Sequence record: PQ579973.1
DNA: 44,409 nucleotides
DNA from: Escherichia phage MirsaeidiM_Esher4
Reading direction: 5' to 3' (one strand)
In this document: positions 17,112-25,427 of the stretch, one piece after another
Layout: every line of letters begins with the position of its first letter
Numbering within the stretch: the stretch's first letter is position 1
The notes under the pieces: model-generated
Seen by the model: the letters and a program-made list of their open reading frames with translations, nothing else
Told to the model about the DNA's origin: nothing
Databases searched by the model: none
Translations under genes and position numbers: made by a program

Positions 17112-18362
17112 TTAAAGTGCGAAAGTCACCGGGATGTTGATTACTGGTTTAACCACCGGCATCTCGTAAACTACAGGATAGCCGAGAGCATCCGCCATAT
17201 GGTCAATGATGCCGTCTTTAGCTGGCTCTCCGTTATCATCGTATGCCTGCTGCTCCAGCGTCTTCGCTATCTCGGGGCATAAGTGGTCATTAACCCACAG
17301 CTTACCTTTTTCCAGTGCGGTATTCACGGCTAAAACACGGTCTTTAACCGGAGGGTTGGCGGATTTAGCGCGAACATCGAAACCGGCCTGCTGGAGTAAC
17401 GCAATATCTGAGATTGACGCCGAGTTGGTCTTGCGGTTCTTGCCGCTGGCGTCCGGGTAAACGACTATGCGGTGGCCCTGCGACTTCCACTTCTCAGTAA
17501 TTACACGCACGGTGTCCGGCGTATCAAACAGACCTTTCAGTTCTGCCACCGCGTGCCAGCCGTCTTTACGTTGCACATACACGGCGCTGGCGTTCTTCGT
17601 AACGTTGAAGTCCTGCCCGATGTACAGTGTATCGCCCGGTTGAATTGTCTCTTTGCTGCGGTGCTTGCGACGGTCATACGCATAATACACGCTGCCGGAT
17701 GTCAGGTTAACGAACTCACCGTTCAGGTACGCGTTAATCAGTTGCGCGGGGTAAGTCTCGGTCAGTGAGCTAATGTAGTCAGGCGGCAGGAATCGCGCGT
17801 TCTCGTGTGTAGAAGCCTGCACCATCGAGTAACTCGGCGTCGGGTTCTCTTTGAACTTGGCGTAGACGAACTTGAACCCTTCCGGTGTCGTGGTGACAGA
17901 GATGTGGTTAATTACGCCAGGAATAACAAGACGCATACGGGCCACAATTTTGTTCCACGCCAGTTCAGCTTTCTCGCGGCTCAATACATCAAGCTCATCC
18001 ACGACCGCAGCAGCGATTTTGAAGCCGACTATCGAGCCTGGGTTATCCATAGAACGGCAGATAACTGTACCGAGCACCGTCTTACCGCGAGTAACCACGA
18101 CTTCTTTGTCGCCAGATTTAACCAGCACATCGAGGCCGAGCAGGTTAGCGGCTTCCTCAAATGTCGGGTAGAAGATGTCACGGATAGCCGGGTATGTCGG
18201 GCCGAAGTAACCCAGGCGCGTACCTGGATGCTTGAGCATAAACGTAAGCAGGTCAAGGCAGCCAACAAATGTCTTTCCGCTGCCGAAGCCGCCGACATAG
18301 GCTTTGTATTTGTTATCGCAATTAAGGAACAGTGCCTGCGGTGCGGATAGCTGAATACTCAT
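17112..18362 (-). CDS. Terminase large subunit
   Basis: N-terminal Walker A-like KAYVGGFGSGKTF; size and position before portal gene. Confidence 0.9.
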   Translation of the reverse strand: MSIQLSAPQALFLNCDNKYKAYVGGFGSGKTFVGCLDLLTFMLKHPGTRLGYFGPTYPAIRDIFYPTFEEAANLLGLDVLVKSGDKEVVVTRGKTVLGTVICRSMDNPGSIVGFKIAAAVVDELDVLSREKAELAWNKIVARMRLVIPGVINHISVTTTPEGFKFVYAKFKENPTPSYSMVQASTHENARFLPPDYISSLTETYPAQLINAYLNGEFVNLTSGSVYYAYDRRKHRSKETIQPGDTLYIGQDFNVTKNASAVYVQRKDGWHAVAELKGLFDTPDTVRVITEKWKSQGHRIVVYPDASGKNRKTNSASISDIALLQQAGFDVRAKSANPPVKDRVLAVNTALEKGKLWVNDHLCPEIAKTLEQQAYDDNGEPAKDGIIDHMADALGYPVVYEMPVVKPVINIPVTFAL

Positions 18363-18907
18363 TCCTCTACCTCACCCATATTCGTTGTTACAATTTTACC
18401 TACAGGCTCTGCAACACTAAAAATAATCTCAGTCGGTGCCGTTTCTTCGGTGGATTCGACTGGTTTCTCTTTACCGAGGCCCAGTTTAGCTGCGGCGAAC
18501 GTAGCAGAGATGCCCGCGGCCCCTGTCTCAGTGAAATATGCCTCTTCCAGCGCCTGTGCTGTTTCATAGGCTTCTGCAAATGCGGGAATCTCACGCAGCC
18601 ACAGCTTAATAATCGGGATAGTTACACCGATGTGTAAGGCGAAGCGAGCCAGTGATGGCGGTTTATCCGCAATGACTGCTTTGTAGTCTCCGTGCGCTCC
18701 TGTCGGCATAGCCTCCCATGACGTGCGGTCGAAGAACTCTATTAACGCGTCGCAATAGTCCGGGTCCCACAACGCGGCGGAATTACGGGACGATTGATAA
18801 AGGCTCTGTTTCCCACGCGGTCGTTTACGTCGGCGGTTTGCGCTAACAGCTTCTTCATGTGCAGCTTGCACCACCTCTGGCGATGGCTGCTTGAGTTTCA
18901 GCTTCAT
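18359..18907 (-). CDS. Terminase small subunit (putative)
   Basis: Overlaps start of large terminase; basic DNA-binding-like N-terminus; start moved to ATG 18907 (AAGGGGA RBS). Confidence 0.5.
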   Translation of the reverse strand: MKLKLKQPSPEVVQAAHEEAVSANRRRKRPRGKQSLYQSSRNSAALWDPDYCDALIEFFDRTSWEAMPTGAHGDYKAVIADKPPSLARFALHIGVTIPIIKLWLREIPAFAEAYETAQALEEAYFTETGAAGISATFAAAKLGLGKEKPVESTEETAPTEIIFSVAEPVGKIVTTNMGEVEE

Positions 18908-19000
18908 ATAATCCCCTTGCATATGCGTCTGACCATCAGAGCGCACCAGACGCGCCCTACGCGTCTAAATGGATTATATAAGGTGATTGGGCGGGATGTA

Positions 19001-19026
19001 CAGAAAAGCCCTCGGTAGAGGGCTTG
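19001..19026 (-). terminator. Intrinsic terminator separating early-like minus-strand genes from terminase
   Basis: AGCCCTC-TACC-GAGGGCT hairpin followed on minus strand by UUUUCU. Confidence 0.5.
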
Positions 19027-19028
19027 TA

Positions 19029-19130
19029 TCAGTTGTATAGGCCGTGGCGTGGTGCTCTTTTACCATCGCCGCCGTAATGGTCGTTAGCTACGGGAATGGC
19101 CCAGGCGTTAGGGATGATTAGTAGTCTCAT
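19029..19130 (-). CDS. Small hypothetical protein (33 aa, below ORF-track cutoff)
   Basis: ATG with AAGGATGG RBS; ATGA-coupled to upstream ORF. Confidence 0.25.
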   Translation of the reverse strand: MRLLIIPNAWAIPVANDHYGGDGKRAPRHGLYN

Positions 19131-19285
19131 TTGAAGAAACCATCCTTGACAAGCTGACGGTATAGTTTAGCTGCGTAACGCTCCGCCTGGCCTTTGCGCC
19201 GAAATATTTTCCCATTAACTGAATACTTATTTAACTCTGGCTCGTACCAAACTTGGTTGTCGATGAACTCCAGAATACTAATCAT
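19127..19285 (-). CDS. Small hypothetical protein (52 aa, below ORF-track cutoff)
   Basis: ATG 19285 with GAGGAGAG RBS; ATGA overlaps on both ends. Confidence 0.3.
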   Translation of the reverse strand: MISILEFIDNQVWYEPELNKYSVNGKIFRRKGQAERYAAKLYRQLVKDGFFK

Positions 19286-19542
19286 TCCCCACTCTCCTCT
19301 TTAGCAATACGTTGCTCCGTTTTAGTGATACCCCGGCGCGTGAATAACACCGGGCTTGTCTTAACGTGCGTCATCAGACGGTTGTTATAAATTACATGGC
19401 GCTCGCAGTTAACGTCTTTGCTGTACTTGGCAATCGTCATTTCGTTGATGCCGGTTTGTCGGCATGTCTCAGCCATCGTGCCGTATTCTTTAATCAGGTT
19501 TGGAATGCTGGTAATCATCCTAAGAAATTCCTCGTTGTCCAC
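19282..19542 (-). CDS. Hypothetical protein with HTH-like segment
   Basis: Track ORF; alternative ATG at 19518; segment TMAETCRQTGINEMTIAKY is HTH-like. Confidence 0.4.
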   Translation of the reverse strand: MDNEEFLRMITSIPNLIKEYGTMAETCRQTGINEMTIAKYSKDVNCERHVIYNNRLMTHVKTSPVLFTRRGITKTEQRIAKEESGE

Positions 19543-19709
19543 ATCGCATTCGGATATTTGTTATCGCGGTCCTGTACCACAGCAATCATGTTTCCGCGTT
19601 GCACCAGGCAGAAGTGCCGTTGCTGCTCACCATTGTACCGGCGCCAGATTGCTTCTTCGATTGCCGCATTAATGTCACTGAACACTGTCTCTACCCCACA
19701 TAAACCCAA
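19515..19709 (-). CDS. Hypothetical protein
   Basis: Track ORF in chain of translationally coupled small genes. Confidence 0.35.
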   Translation of the reverse strand: MGLCGVETVFSDINAAIEEAIWRRYNGEQQRHFCLVQRGNMIAVVQDRDNKYPNAMWTTRNFLG

Positions 19710-19767
19710 TCAATACGCCGATAAAATAACCTGCTGCGACAAGGCCAATAACCACCTCAAGACTCAT
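19675..19767 (-). CDS. Small membrane protein (30 aa)
   Basis: ATG 19767 with GGAGGG RBS; single hydrophobic helix VVIGLVAAGYFIGVLIGFMW. Confidence 0.3.
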   Translation of the reverse strand: MSLEVVIGLVAAGYFIGVLIGFMWGRDSVQ

Positions 19768-19769
19768 AC

Positions 19770-20000
19770 TCAACCCTCCATACTTAATAGCACGTACCCT
19801 GGTAGGTAAGCCCCTACGTCCGCAACATGAATGATGCGGCGGTAAACGATACGGCCTGTGTACCCACCGTTTTCGTATTCTCGCAGGCACAGAGTGTCAT
19901 ATTCCTTAAAGTCGCGGTCGTTTAATCGAAGTTCCGCCAGCTTGATTCCCTCCATAACAGGCTCAAAATGATCAGGTAATATCTTCAGTTCGTGAAACAT
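19770..20000 (-). CDS. Hypothetical protein
   Basis: Track ORF, translationally coupled. Confidence 0.4.
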   Translation of the reverse strand: MFHELKILPDHFEPVMEGIKLAELRLNDRDFKEYDTLCLREYENGGYTGRIVYRRIIHVADVGAYLPGYVLLSMEG

Positions 20001-20004
20001 ACTC

Positions 20005-20187
20005 TCACCCCACTATCTCATCACCGAGCCACGCCGTTTCTCGTATATCGTCGACCACACAAGCGGCGTGCTCACGGCTAATTGCAAAAATGTAGAAGCT
20101 GAACTTCTTCCCGTCGGCGTCGATGTGGTTAACCGAGTATGGTTTCCACAGGACGCCATCGATAACTACGGGTTCAGGCGCTTTCAT
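20005..20187 (-). CDS. Hypothetical protein
   Basis: Track ORF. Confidence 0.35.
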   Translation of the reverse strand: MKAPEPVVIDGVLWKPYSVNHIDADGKKFSFYIFAISREHAACVVDDIRETAWLGDEIVG

Positions 20188-20431
20188 ACGCTTTACCGCA
20201 TTTTAAGCATGTGACTCGATGCCCCCCATCAACTAAATGCAGGCGGTAATCATGCTCGCAGGCGTTCATCTTTTCCTCTTCTCCTCTCAACAACATGAGA
20301 AGAACCTTAAATGCGGCTAACTGGTACTCACCGTTAATCGACAGTTGCCCGCCTAGCGTCTGTTTCTCCGACTCAAGCACCAGAATACGGCGCTCGAGCG
20401 ATGCGATTGTGATTTTAGGCATTGGTATCAC
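20174..20431 (-). CDS. Hypothetical protein with C-terminal zinc-ribbon-like Cys/His cluster
   Basis: CEHD...CLKCG segment. Confidence 0.4.
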   Translation of the reverse strand: MIPMPKITIASLERRILVLESEKQTLGGQLSINGEYQLAAFKVLLMLLRGEEEKMNACEHDYRLHLVDGGHRVTCLKCGKAYESA

Positions 20432-20600
20432 CCTTGTTCAGGTTGAAGCGGTTAATCAGTTCACGGCGTGTCTCGTAAAGCGACTCAACCATCTGCTCAG
20501 CTACTGCGATTTTAGTATTCAGGACGTGCATCACGTGTCCGATGTCTACGCCGCCGTTAACAGCCTCTACCATCATCTTTTCGTATTCACGGTCAGTCAT
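20415..20600 (-). CDS. Hypothetical protein
   Basis: Track ORF. Confidence 0.35.
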   Translation of the reverse strand: MTDREYEKMMVEAVNGGVDIGHVMHVLNTKIAVAEQMVESLYETRRELINRFNLNKGDTNA

Positions 20601-20755
20601 TCTTTACGCTCTCCCCACATGCGATTTAGATACTTGTTCTTGTCCGGCCCCAGGAAACTGTTGCGTTTCATCAGTTCCTCGCGTGTCGGGAACGGGGTGT
20701 GATTGACTTTACGGCCTACTCGTAATGGTTGGCTTACTTGACCTTGTTCGCTCAT
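20597..20755 (-). CDS. Small hypothetical protein (52 aa, below cutoff)
   Basis: ATGA-coupled on both ends, fills gap between track ORFs. Confidence 0.3.
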   Translation of the reverse strand: MSEQGQVSQPLRVGRKVNHTPFPTREELMKRNSFLGPDKNKYLNRMWGERKE

Positions 20756-20946
20756 TTCTTCTCTCCCGCAAGTTCAATATTGAACACGATACGAACATCT
20801 TCCAGCGGCGTAGTACCTACTAGCTTCGCGGCGTAAGCCCCTGCATCCTCAGATTGCTGGAACTGGCCGCAATCAACGTACTCGTCTCCGTCGAAATAAG
20901 AAACAACGAAACAACCTTCACCAACTTCCGGGATTATATTTTTCAT
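20752..20946 (-). CDS. Hypothetical protein
   Basis: Track ORF. Confidence 0.4.
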   Translation of the reverse strand: MKNIIPEVGEGCFVVSYFDGDEYVDCGQFQQSEDAGAYAAKLVGTTPLEDVRIVFNIELAGEKK

Positions 20947-21092
20947 TTCTTCTCTCCTGCATAAGCTGCTTTAAGTGTCTGCATCGCAGCGAACCAGAAC
21001 GCGTCCGCTGGAATGCTGTTGCTCAGGTTACTAACGGCGATGCGTGCCATCAGTTGCGCGTCTTTAAATGCTTCGGTATCTGTTATTTTCAT
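20943..21092 (-). CDS. Small hypothetical protein (49 aa, below cutoff)
   Basis: ATG 21092 with GGAG RBS; first gene after promoter at 21126-21154. Confidence 0.3.
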   Translation of the reverse strand: MKITDTEAFKDAQLMARIAVSNLSNSIPADAFWFAAMQTLKAAYAGEKK

Positions 21093-21125
21093 CTTCGCTA
21101 CTCCGTTCTCGTTGTCGATGGAGTA

Positions 21126-21154
21126 AATATAATAGGGTCTAAGGTAATAGTCAA
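21126..21154 (-). promoter_or_regulatory. Sigma70-like promoter (TTGACT-N17-TATATT) with operator half-site CCCTATTATATT
   Basis: Hexamers with 17-nt spacer read on minus strand; shares AATATAATAGGGT with site at 3379-3392. Confidence 0.4.
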
Positions 21155-21171
21155 CTAGTCATTACAGAAAA

Positions 21172-21205
21172 CAGATAAAAAAATCCCGGCTGGGTCAGTG
21201 CCGGG
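21172..21205 (-). terminator. Intrinsic terminator after endolysin
   Basis: CCCGGC...GCCGGG hairpin followed on minus strand by AUUUUUUUA. Confidence 0.6.
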
Positions 21206-21271
21206 ATAAAACTGGAGAGCAGAGGGATGGAACAGGAGGTGATTTAAGTATCGTCGGATTAGTCTTAGGTG

Positions 21272-21760
21272 TCAACCTTTCACCGCACGCCCGATTGCCT
21301 CAGCCTCCTGCCACGGTTTACCGTCGAACAATGCCAGACGTCCTGCGGTACGGCGACGCAGGCCAAGTAACGGTTTGCCGTTCTGGTTGATGAACAGCGC
21401 CAGCTTAGCCCGCAGCGTCGTAATATCACCCGAACGCAGCGCCTTACCGGTTCCGGTAGTAGCTGCTATCACACCAGCACCTGCGTTATAGACCAGGTCG
21501 CACACAGCGTCGAACTGTGCCTGTGTCAGTGAATGGTGTGCTGCTGCATCGACCGCAGCTACGGCCTTAGCCATATCGCGATTCAGTAACAGGAGGCCCT
21601 GACCCGGAGTGATGGTCTTTCCGGGCGTTACGTCCGGTCCGTAGTGCCCGTAGCCAATAGTCAGGTACTTCTCGTTCGACGTAGCACGATACGCAGTTCC
21701 ACGGAACCCCTCGAACGCGGCGGTAAAATGCAATCCATTATCTGAAATGTTTCGAGACAC
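21272..21760 (-). CDS. Endolysin, phage lysozyme (GH24-like)
   Basis: Motifs AAFEGFRGTAY...TIGYGH and GLRRRTAGRLALF typical of phage lysozymes; start moved to GTG 21760 (GGAGGG RBS) from TTG track start 21811. Confidence 0.8.
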   Translation of the reverse strand: MSRNISDNGLHFTAAFEGFRGTAYRATSNEKYLTIGYGHYGPDVTPGKTITPGQGLLLLNRDMAKAVAAVDAAAHHSLTQAQFDAVCDLVYNAGAGVIAATTGTGKALRSGDITTLRAKLALFINQNGKPLLGLRRRTAGRLALFDGKPWQEAEAIGRAVKG

Positions 21761-22010
21761 GCTTATGCCCTCCGTATGACAGCCACGCCTGGCGAATCTG
21801 GCGCAGCGCAACTAATGTGATTAACGTCTCAGGCAGCGTAGGCGACATGCTGCCCTGTAACAGGTGGATACACCCGGCGGCGCAGACGATAGCGGTCAGG
21901 ATATAGAGCACCCTACCAAATAGCCCGTCATCCACGCTCGGATGGTATACATTAAACAGCGATGTGCCGCCGATTGCCAGCATACCGCCGAACCAGAATA
22001 ACTCATTCAT
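21738..22010 (-). CDS. Holin-like or antiholin-like membrane protein
   Basis: About 90 aa with two hydrophobic helices; ATG 22010 with GAGGAGG RBS; between holin and endolysin. Confidence 0.5.
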   Translation of the reverse strand: MNELFWFGGMLAIGGTSLFNVYHPSVDDGLFGRVLYILTAIVCAAGCIHLLQGSMSPTLPETLITLVALRQIRQAWLSYGGHKRVSKHFR

Positions 22011-22311
22011 CTGTGCCTCCTCGACGTGCGATGTATTCTCCGGCGACGATACCGGAGAGACGGGAATAGATAGGCATCCAGAGAATAGCGATGATGAAGC
22101 CAAGGCCAGCGATTTCACGGTCGCCCGTGATACCGAACCATTGAGCCGCGAGAGGTGCGCCAAATACAGCGCAGGCGAAACCAGTAGCAATAAAGCAGAA
22201 TCCGTCGATAGGGCCAGAAATAACGGACTTATGTTGTCGTAGTCCGATGACCCCTCCGGCGAGTGCGGCAGCGAGAAGCCAGCCTGTCACTGTTTCAGTA
22301 AATTTATCCAA
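22003..22311 (-). CDS. Holin (putative, multi-TMD)
   Basis: 102 aa with about three hydrophobic helices and charged C-terminus, upstream of endolysin. Confidence 0.55.
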   Translation of the reverse strand: MDKFTETVTGWLLAAALAGGVIGLRQHKSVISGPIDGFCFIATGFACAVFGAPLAAQWFGITGDREIAGLGFIIAILWMPIYSRLSGIVAGEYIARRGGTDE

Positions 22312-22386
22312 GATGAATCCTCCAGGTGCGTATTAAGTATGCAGTAACTGGAGGATACCACGGTTAGGAATTATCCTAATAACGGT

Positions 22387-22680
22387 TTATTTATGACGCC
22401 AGATGTATTGTCGTCTCTGTGGTTTCGTCGGAATATCATCGTATCCCAACGATTTCCAGTAATTAAATAGCCGGTTAGCGATTGCTGCTCGTTCCTGTGT
22501 TTTAAACTCACCGAGATTCACAGCCTTCCCGTTCTGGAATCCACAGGCGCGGACCGCTTTGCGTCTGGCCTGAATCTCGGGGTACAATGCATTACGGCGG
22601 CGCTTGTGTATACGCGTATTCGCTCTCGGCGACAGCGGCGCAAGGCCGCTTCGTTTCAGGATGTCAGTTGCTAACGACAT
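22387..22680 (-). CDS. Hypothetical basic protein
   Basis: Track ORF. Confidence 0.35.
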   Translation of the reverse strand: MSLATDILKRSGLAPLSPRANTRIHKRRRNALYPEIQARRKAVRACGFQNGKAVNLGEFKTQERAAIANRLFNYWKSLGYDDIPTKPQRRQYIWRHK

Positions 22681-22883
22681 TATTTCTCCTGTTTACCAAG
22701 TCGCTTAGGTGAGCAGATAGCGCGTACCTCCGAATCGTTGGGCTTGTCGCCCTGAAACAGGAAGTGCGCGTTCTCTGCGGCGCGTGCCGCTGACTGGCAC
22801 GCCTCCATCGAATAAAACGTTTCCGATGCCGCTAGTTGCATCTGGCCCGCCGACAGTACCCAGATAAATAAGATGCTGGTCAT
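22680..22883 (-). CDS. Hypothetical protein with N-terminal hydrophobic segment
   Basis: Track ORF. Confidence 0.35.
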   Translation of the reverse strand: MTSILFIWVLSAGQMQLAASETFYSMEACQSAARAAENAHFLFQGDKPNDSEVRAICSPKRLGKQEK

Positions 22884-23308
22884 TTCAGTTTAGCCCCGCA
22901 ATCAAGACACTTTTTAGTAAAACCCGGCGCAAAGCCTTTGCGCAAACCGACGGTATTAGCGTGTTGGCAATCGCTCAATTCCGATTCTTGCTTACCGCAT
23001 TTAGCGCAAATGAAGTAGTCCCCTTTTTCATCTAGCGCCCAATCATGCTCGCATTCCTGAACGTCTTCCTTACGGCAACCAGATTGCTCGCCCTTGCGGA
23101 TAAGTTTATACGCCTCCACGTCACCCGTAGCTTGGGCCAGAGCCAGATGCAACTCCTTAATCTGCGCCGAAGCATCACGTAACTGGTTCTTGAGTGACAA
23201 CACCTCGTGCGCCAGGTCTTCGCACTGTTGCTTGTGCGCCTTACGTTCGTCCAGTGTTAGGTGCATTGCCGCTACCAAGTACTCGAATACTGCGTCGTTG
23301 TTATTCAT
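22880..23308 (-). CDS. Hypothetical protein, coiled-coil N-terminus and Cys-rich C-terminus
   Basis: Two CxxC pairs in C-terminal region. Confidence 0.4.
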   Translation of the reverse strand: MNNNDAVFEYLVAAMHLTLDERKAHKQQCEDLAHEVLSLKNQLRDASAQIKELHLALAQATGDVEAYKLIRKGEQSGCRKEDVQECEHDWALDEKGDYFICAKCGKQESELSDCQHANTVGLRKGFAPGFTKKCLDCGAKLK

Positions 23309-23493
23309 TTCGTATCTCCTACAAATCCAACCTTCATTATTCCGCGTTCGCCTTTCTTTCCGGCGCTAACCCAACCGCGGGCAACTTCATAATTGGCAAA
23401 TACAAGTTTAGGTACGTGCTTTCCGTCGTGCGCCAACTGATACCCGGCCCAACACGGGGTAACCTTAATCAAATGCTCGTTTGAATTAAACAT
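23305..23493 (-). CDS. Hypothetical protein
   Basis: Track ORF; first gene after promoter at 23525-23553. Confidence 0.35.
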   Translation of the reverse strand: MFNSNEHLIKVTPCWAGYQLAHDGKHVPKLVFANYEVARGWVSAGKKGERGIMKVGFVGDTK

Positions 23494-23524
23494 CTTCCGT
23501 CTCTCCTCTCGTTTGTGTAAATGA

Positions 23525-23553
23525 ATAGTAGCCTATTCTATCTTAGTGTGCAA
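23525..23553 (-). promoter_or_regulatory. Sigma70-like promoter (TTGCAC-N17-TACTAT) with overlapping operator
   Basis: Same architecture as 24825-24853; operator contains palindrome AATAG-N4-CTATT. Confidence 0.5.
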
Positions 23554-23868
23554 GTAAATTTTATTGGTGTGTTATAGAGTCGATGAACGCCAGTAACCCC
23601 CTTTCCGCTTCTGCCTCTCTTTCTTCAAGCGACCAGGTAGCGGATTCCTCTGTTGCCGTTGCTAAATCGGTTTTAGCATCAACCATCGTGTCGATTAACG
23701 TGATTAGTCGTTCAGCCTGTTCTTTAGTAATCATTGTTGCATCTCCTGCAATAGTCGCTTCGATTGTTGCGTTTGATGAAAGTGTCGCCTTTTGACGACA
23801 CTAAGTTAAAGTTGTACGCTGCTGTGTAGCAGCGTAAGTCACTCAGTAAAATCCCAAACTATTGAACA

Positions 23869-24069
23869 TCACACTTCTGGCGGCTCTGGTAACGGCCTCC
23901 AGTGTGTCACGTACTTATCATAGTGATTCCAGAACGGCTTTCTCCCGTCATCAGGAACTATGTAATAATCGTGCTGAACTGCGTTATTTAACGTTTCATA
24001 CACCAGGAACTCTTTATCCGTATACCCATTACCCGGCAGCATCTCACTACACTTAATCCACTCACCCAT
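23869..24069 (-). CDS. Hypothetical protein
   Basis: Track ORF. Confidence 0.35.
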   Translation of the reverse strand: MGEWIKCSEMLPGNGYTDKEFLVYETLNNAVQHDYYIVPDDGRKPFWNHYDKYVTHWRPLPEPPEV

Positions 24070-24217
24070 ACCTCACACCTCTTTCAATCAAGGATTGCAC
24101 ACCAGCTTTCCACGCCCGCCACGCGAGACGCGTCTTAACGTTCAGGTACTCTTTCTTTGAACCCTTGTTAACCGGCAGACCCTCGACCACAGCCCACCGT
24201 TCAAATGCTTCTCTCAT
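24062..24217 (-). CDS. Small hypothetical protein (51 aa, below cutoff)
   Basis: ATGA-coupled at both ends. Confidence 0.3.
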   Translation of the reverse strand: MREAFERWAVVEGLPVNKGSKKEYLNVKTRLAWRAWKAGVQSLIERGVRYG

Positions 24218-24402
24218 ACCAGAACCTCACATTCATCCCGATACACGAACAATAACGACCCTTTGTACTCAATCATAAAACCATAATGGTTGATGCTGAA
24301 CGCCGGAAAAACATCACCTACCGAGATACCGAAATCTATAAGCCTGCGGTCAGTTATACGGACAAGCCTGCGGTCAGTTATACGGATTCGCATTAACGGC
24401 AA
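24214..24402 (-). CDS. Hypothetical protein containing 24-bp tandem duplication
   Basis: Track ORF; tandem repeat encodes RITDRRLV twice. Confidence 0.3.
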   Translation of the reverse strand: MPLMRIRITDRRLVRITDRRLIDFGISVGDVFPAFSINHYGFMIEYKGSLLFVYRDECEVLV

Positions 24403-24596
24403 CCTCCCTCAGCGTCGTCGGCACAAGCATCATGATTCGATGCCGTTCGTATTGCTCGTAAGCTATTTAACATTCGCTCGCTGGTAGATGTAATAACCGT
24501 TATACCGTCCGCCAGATGCACCTCGTAGCGTTCAGCTACGAAATATATTTCCTCGAAATCATGATGTTTCAGTTCTTCAAATAATTCTTCCATCAC
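24393..24596 (-). CDS. Hypothetical acidic protein
   Basis: Track ORF. Confidence 0.35.
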   Translation of the reverse strand: MMEELFEELKHHDFEEIYFVAERYEVHLADGITVITSTSERMLNSLRAIRTASNHDACADDAEGGCR

Positions 24597-24799
24597 TTCA
24601 CCCTCCCCCCTTTAAATTTAAAATTGTTGCCGATGAGTTTTAAGTTCTCCTCCGCTACGTATATTTGTGAATTTACTCCTCTCACATTTTGCACGGTAAC
24701 TACGTACTTTCCTGGAAATAAAGCAGATTTTAATTCAATTATGCCGTGTTTATCGTCGGAGTATTTAACCAACTGACCGCGTTTAAACATAACCCTCAC
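24593..24799 (-). CDS. Hypothetical protein (first gene of minus-strand early-like operon)
   Basis: ATG 24799 with GAGGAG RBS downstream of operator-controlled promoter. Confidence 0.4.
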   Translation of the reverse strand: MRVMFKRGQLVKYSDDKHGIIELKSALFPGKYVVTVQNVRGVNSQIYVAEENLKLIGNNFKFKGGRVK

Positions 24800-24824
24800 T
24801 CCTCTGTCTCGTTTCGATAAGTGA

Positions 24825-24853
24825 ATAGTATCCTATTATGTTGGGGTGTGCAA
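24825..24853 (-). promoter_or_regulatory. Sigma70-like promoter (TTGCAC-N17-TACTAT) with overlapping operator
   Basis: Operator GTGAATAGTATCCTATTATG overlaps the -10; about 35 nt upstream of ATG 24799. Confidence 0.5.
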
Positions 24854-24976
24854 GAGAATAGTTACGTTGCCGTTGTGACTCTTTCGTTTAATGGGATAGC
24901 GAGCGAAACGAAACGAACGTGGTGCCGAAGGCACCAAGAGTGAGTGAGTGAGCTTGCGGTTCTAACCTACGGCAAA

Positions 24977-25151
24977 TCAGTAACTTAGATAATTAGACAG
25001 GAATTACAATAGACTATGGCCCTTCCGAATGCGCCAGCGAGACTCACTCCACACGTCGAGACGTGCTCGTTTCGCCTGCCGCGCACCGCGGTCGCTTGTT
25101 CATACTTCACAAGCTCAGGCTGAGCTTACCATATTTCTTAGTAAAAGTCAA
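24977..25151 (-). promoter_or_regulatory. Paralogous non-coding module, copy B (promoter TTGACT-N17-TAAGCT plus conserved hairpins; candidate small RNA or antitermination element)
   Basis: Paralog of 13780..13955; -35 and -10 at identical relative positions; followed on minus strand by hairpin GGTGCCGAAGGCACC (24921-24935) and U-rich tract. Confidence 0.5.
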
Positions 25152-25256
25152 TACTAGTAGCATCTTTTGTATTTTAGTAACTTTGTGTGGTGTTTTGGTT
25201 GCTTTTACAAAGTTACCGCCTTATACTTCGGTATATCTTACATAGGAGAACGTGAA

Positions 25257-25427
25257 ATGACTATCAATGAAGTTGCAGAATTAATCGGTGTCACCCGCCA
25301 GACAATTAATAACTGGATTAAGAGTGGAAAGTTTCCAGATTGCGGCGTTAAAGTAATGGGCCGCCGGATGCCGGGAACATTCGACCGTAATAAAGTTGAA
25401 GCGTGGATTAAGGAGAACGTGAAATGA
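25257..25427 (+). CDS. AlpA/excisionase-family HTH DNA-binding protein
   Basis: MTINEVAELIGVTRQTINNWIKSGKFP signature; ATG 25257 with AGGAGAA RBS. Confidence 0.6.
   Translation: MTINEVAELIGVTRQTINNWIKSGKFPDCGVKVMGRRMPGTFDRNKVEAWIKENVK

Noticed and set aside
17805-18350. 181-aa plus-strand ORF inside the large terminase gene
   Set aside because: Antisense to terminase; no support.
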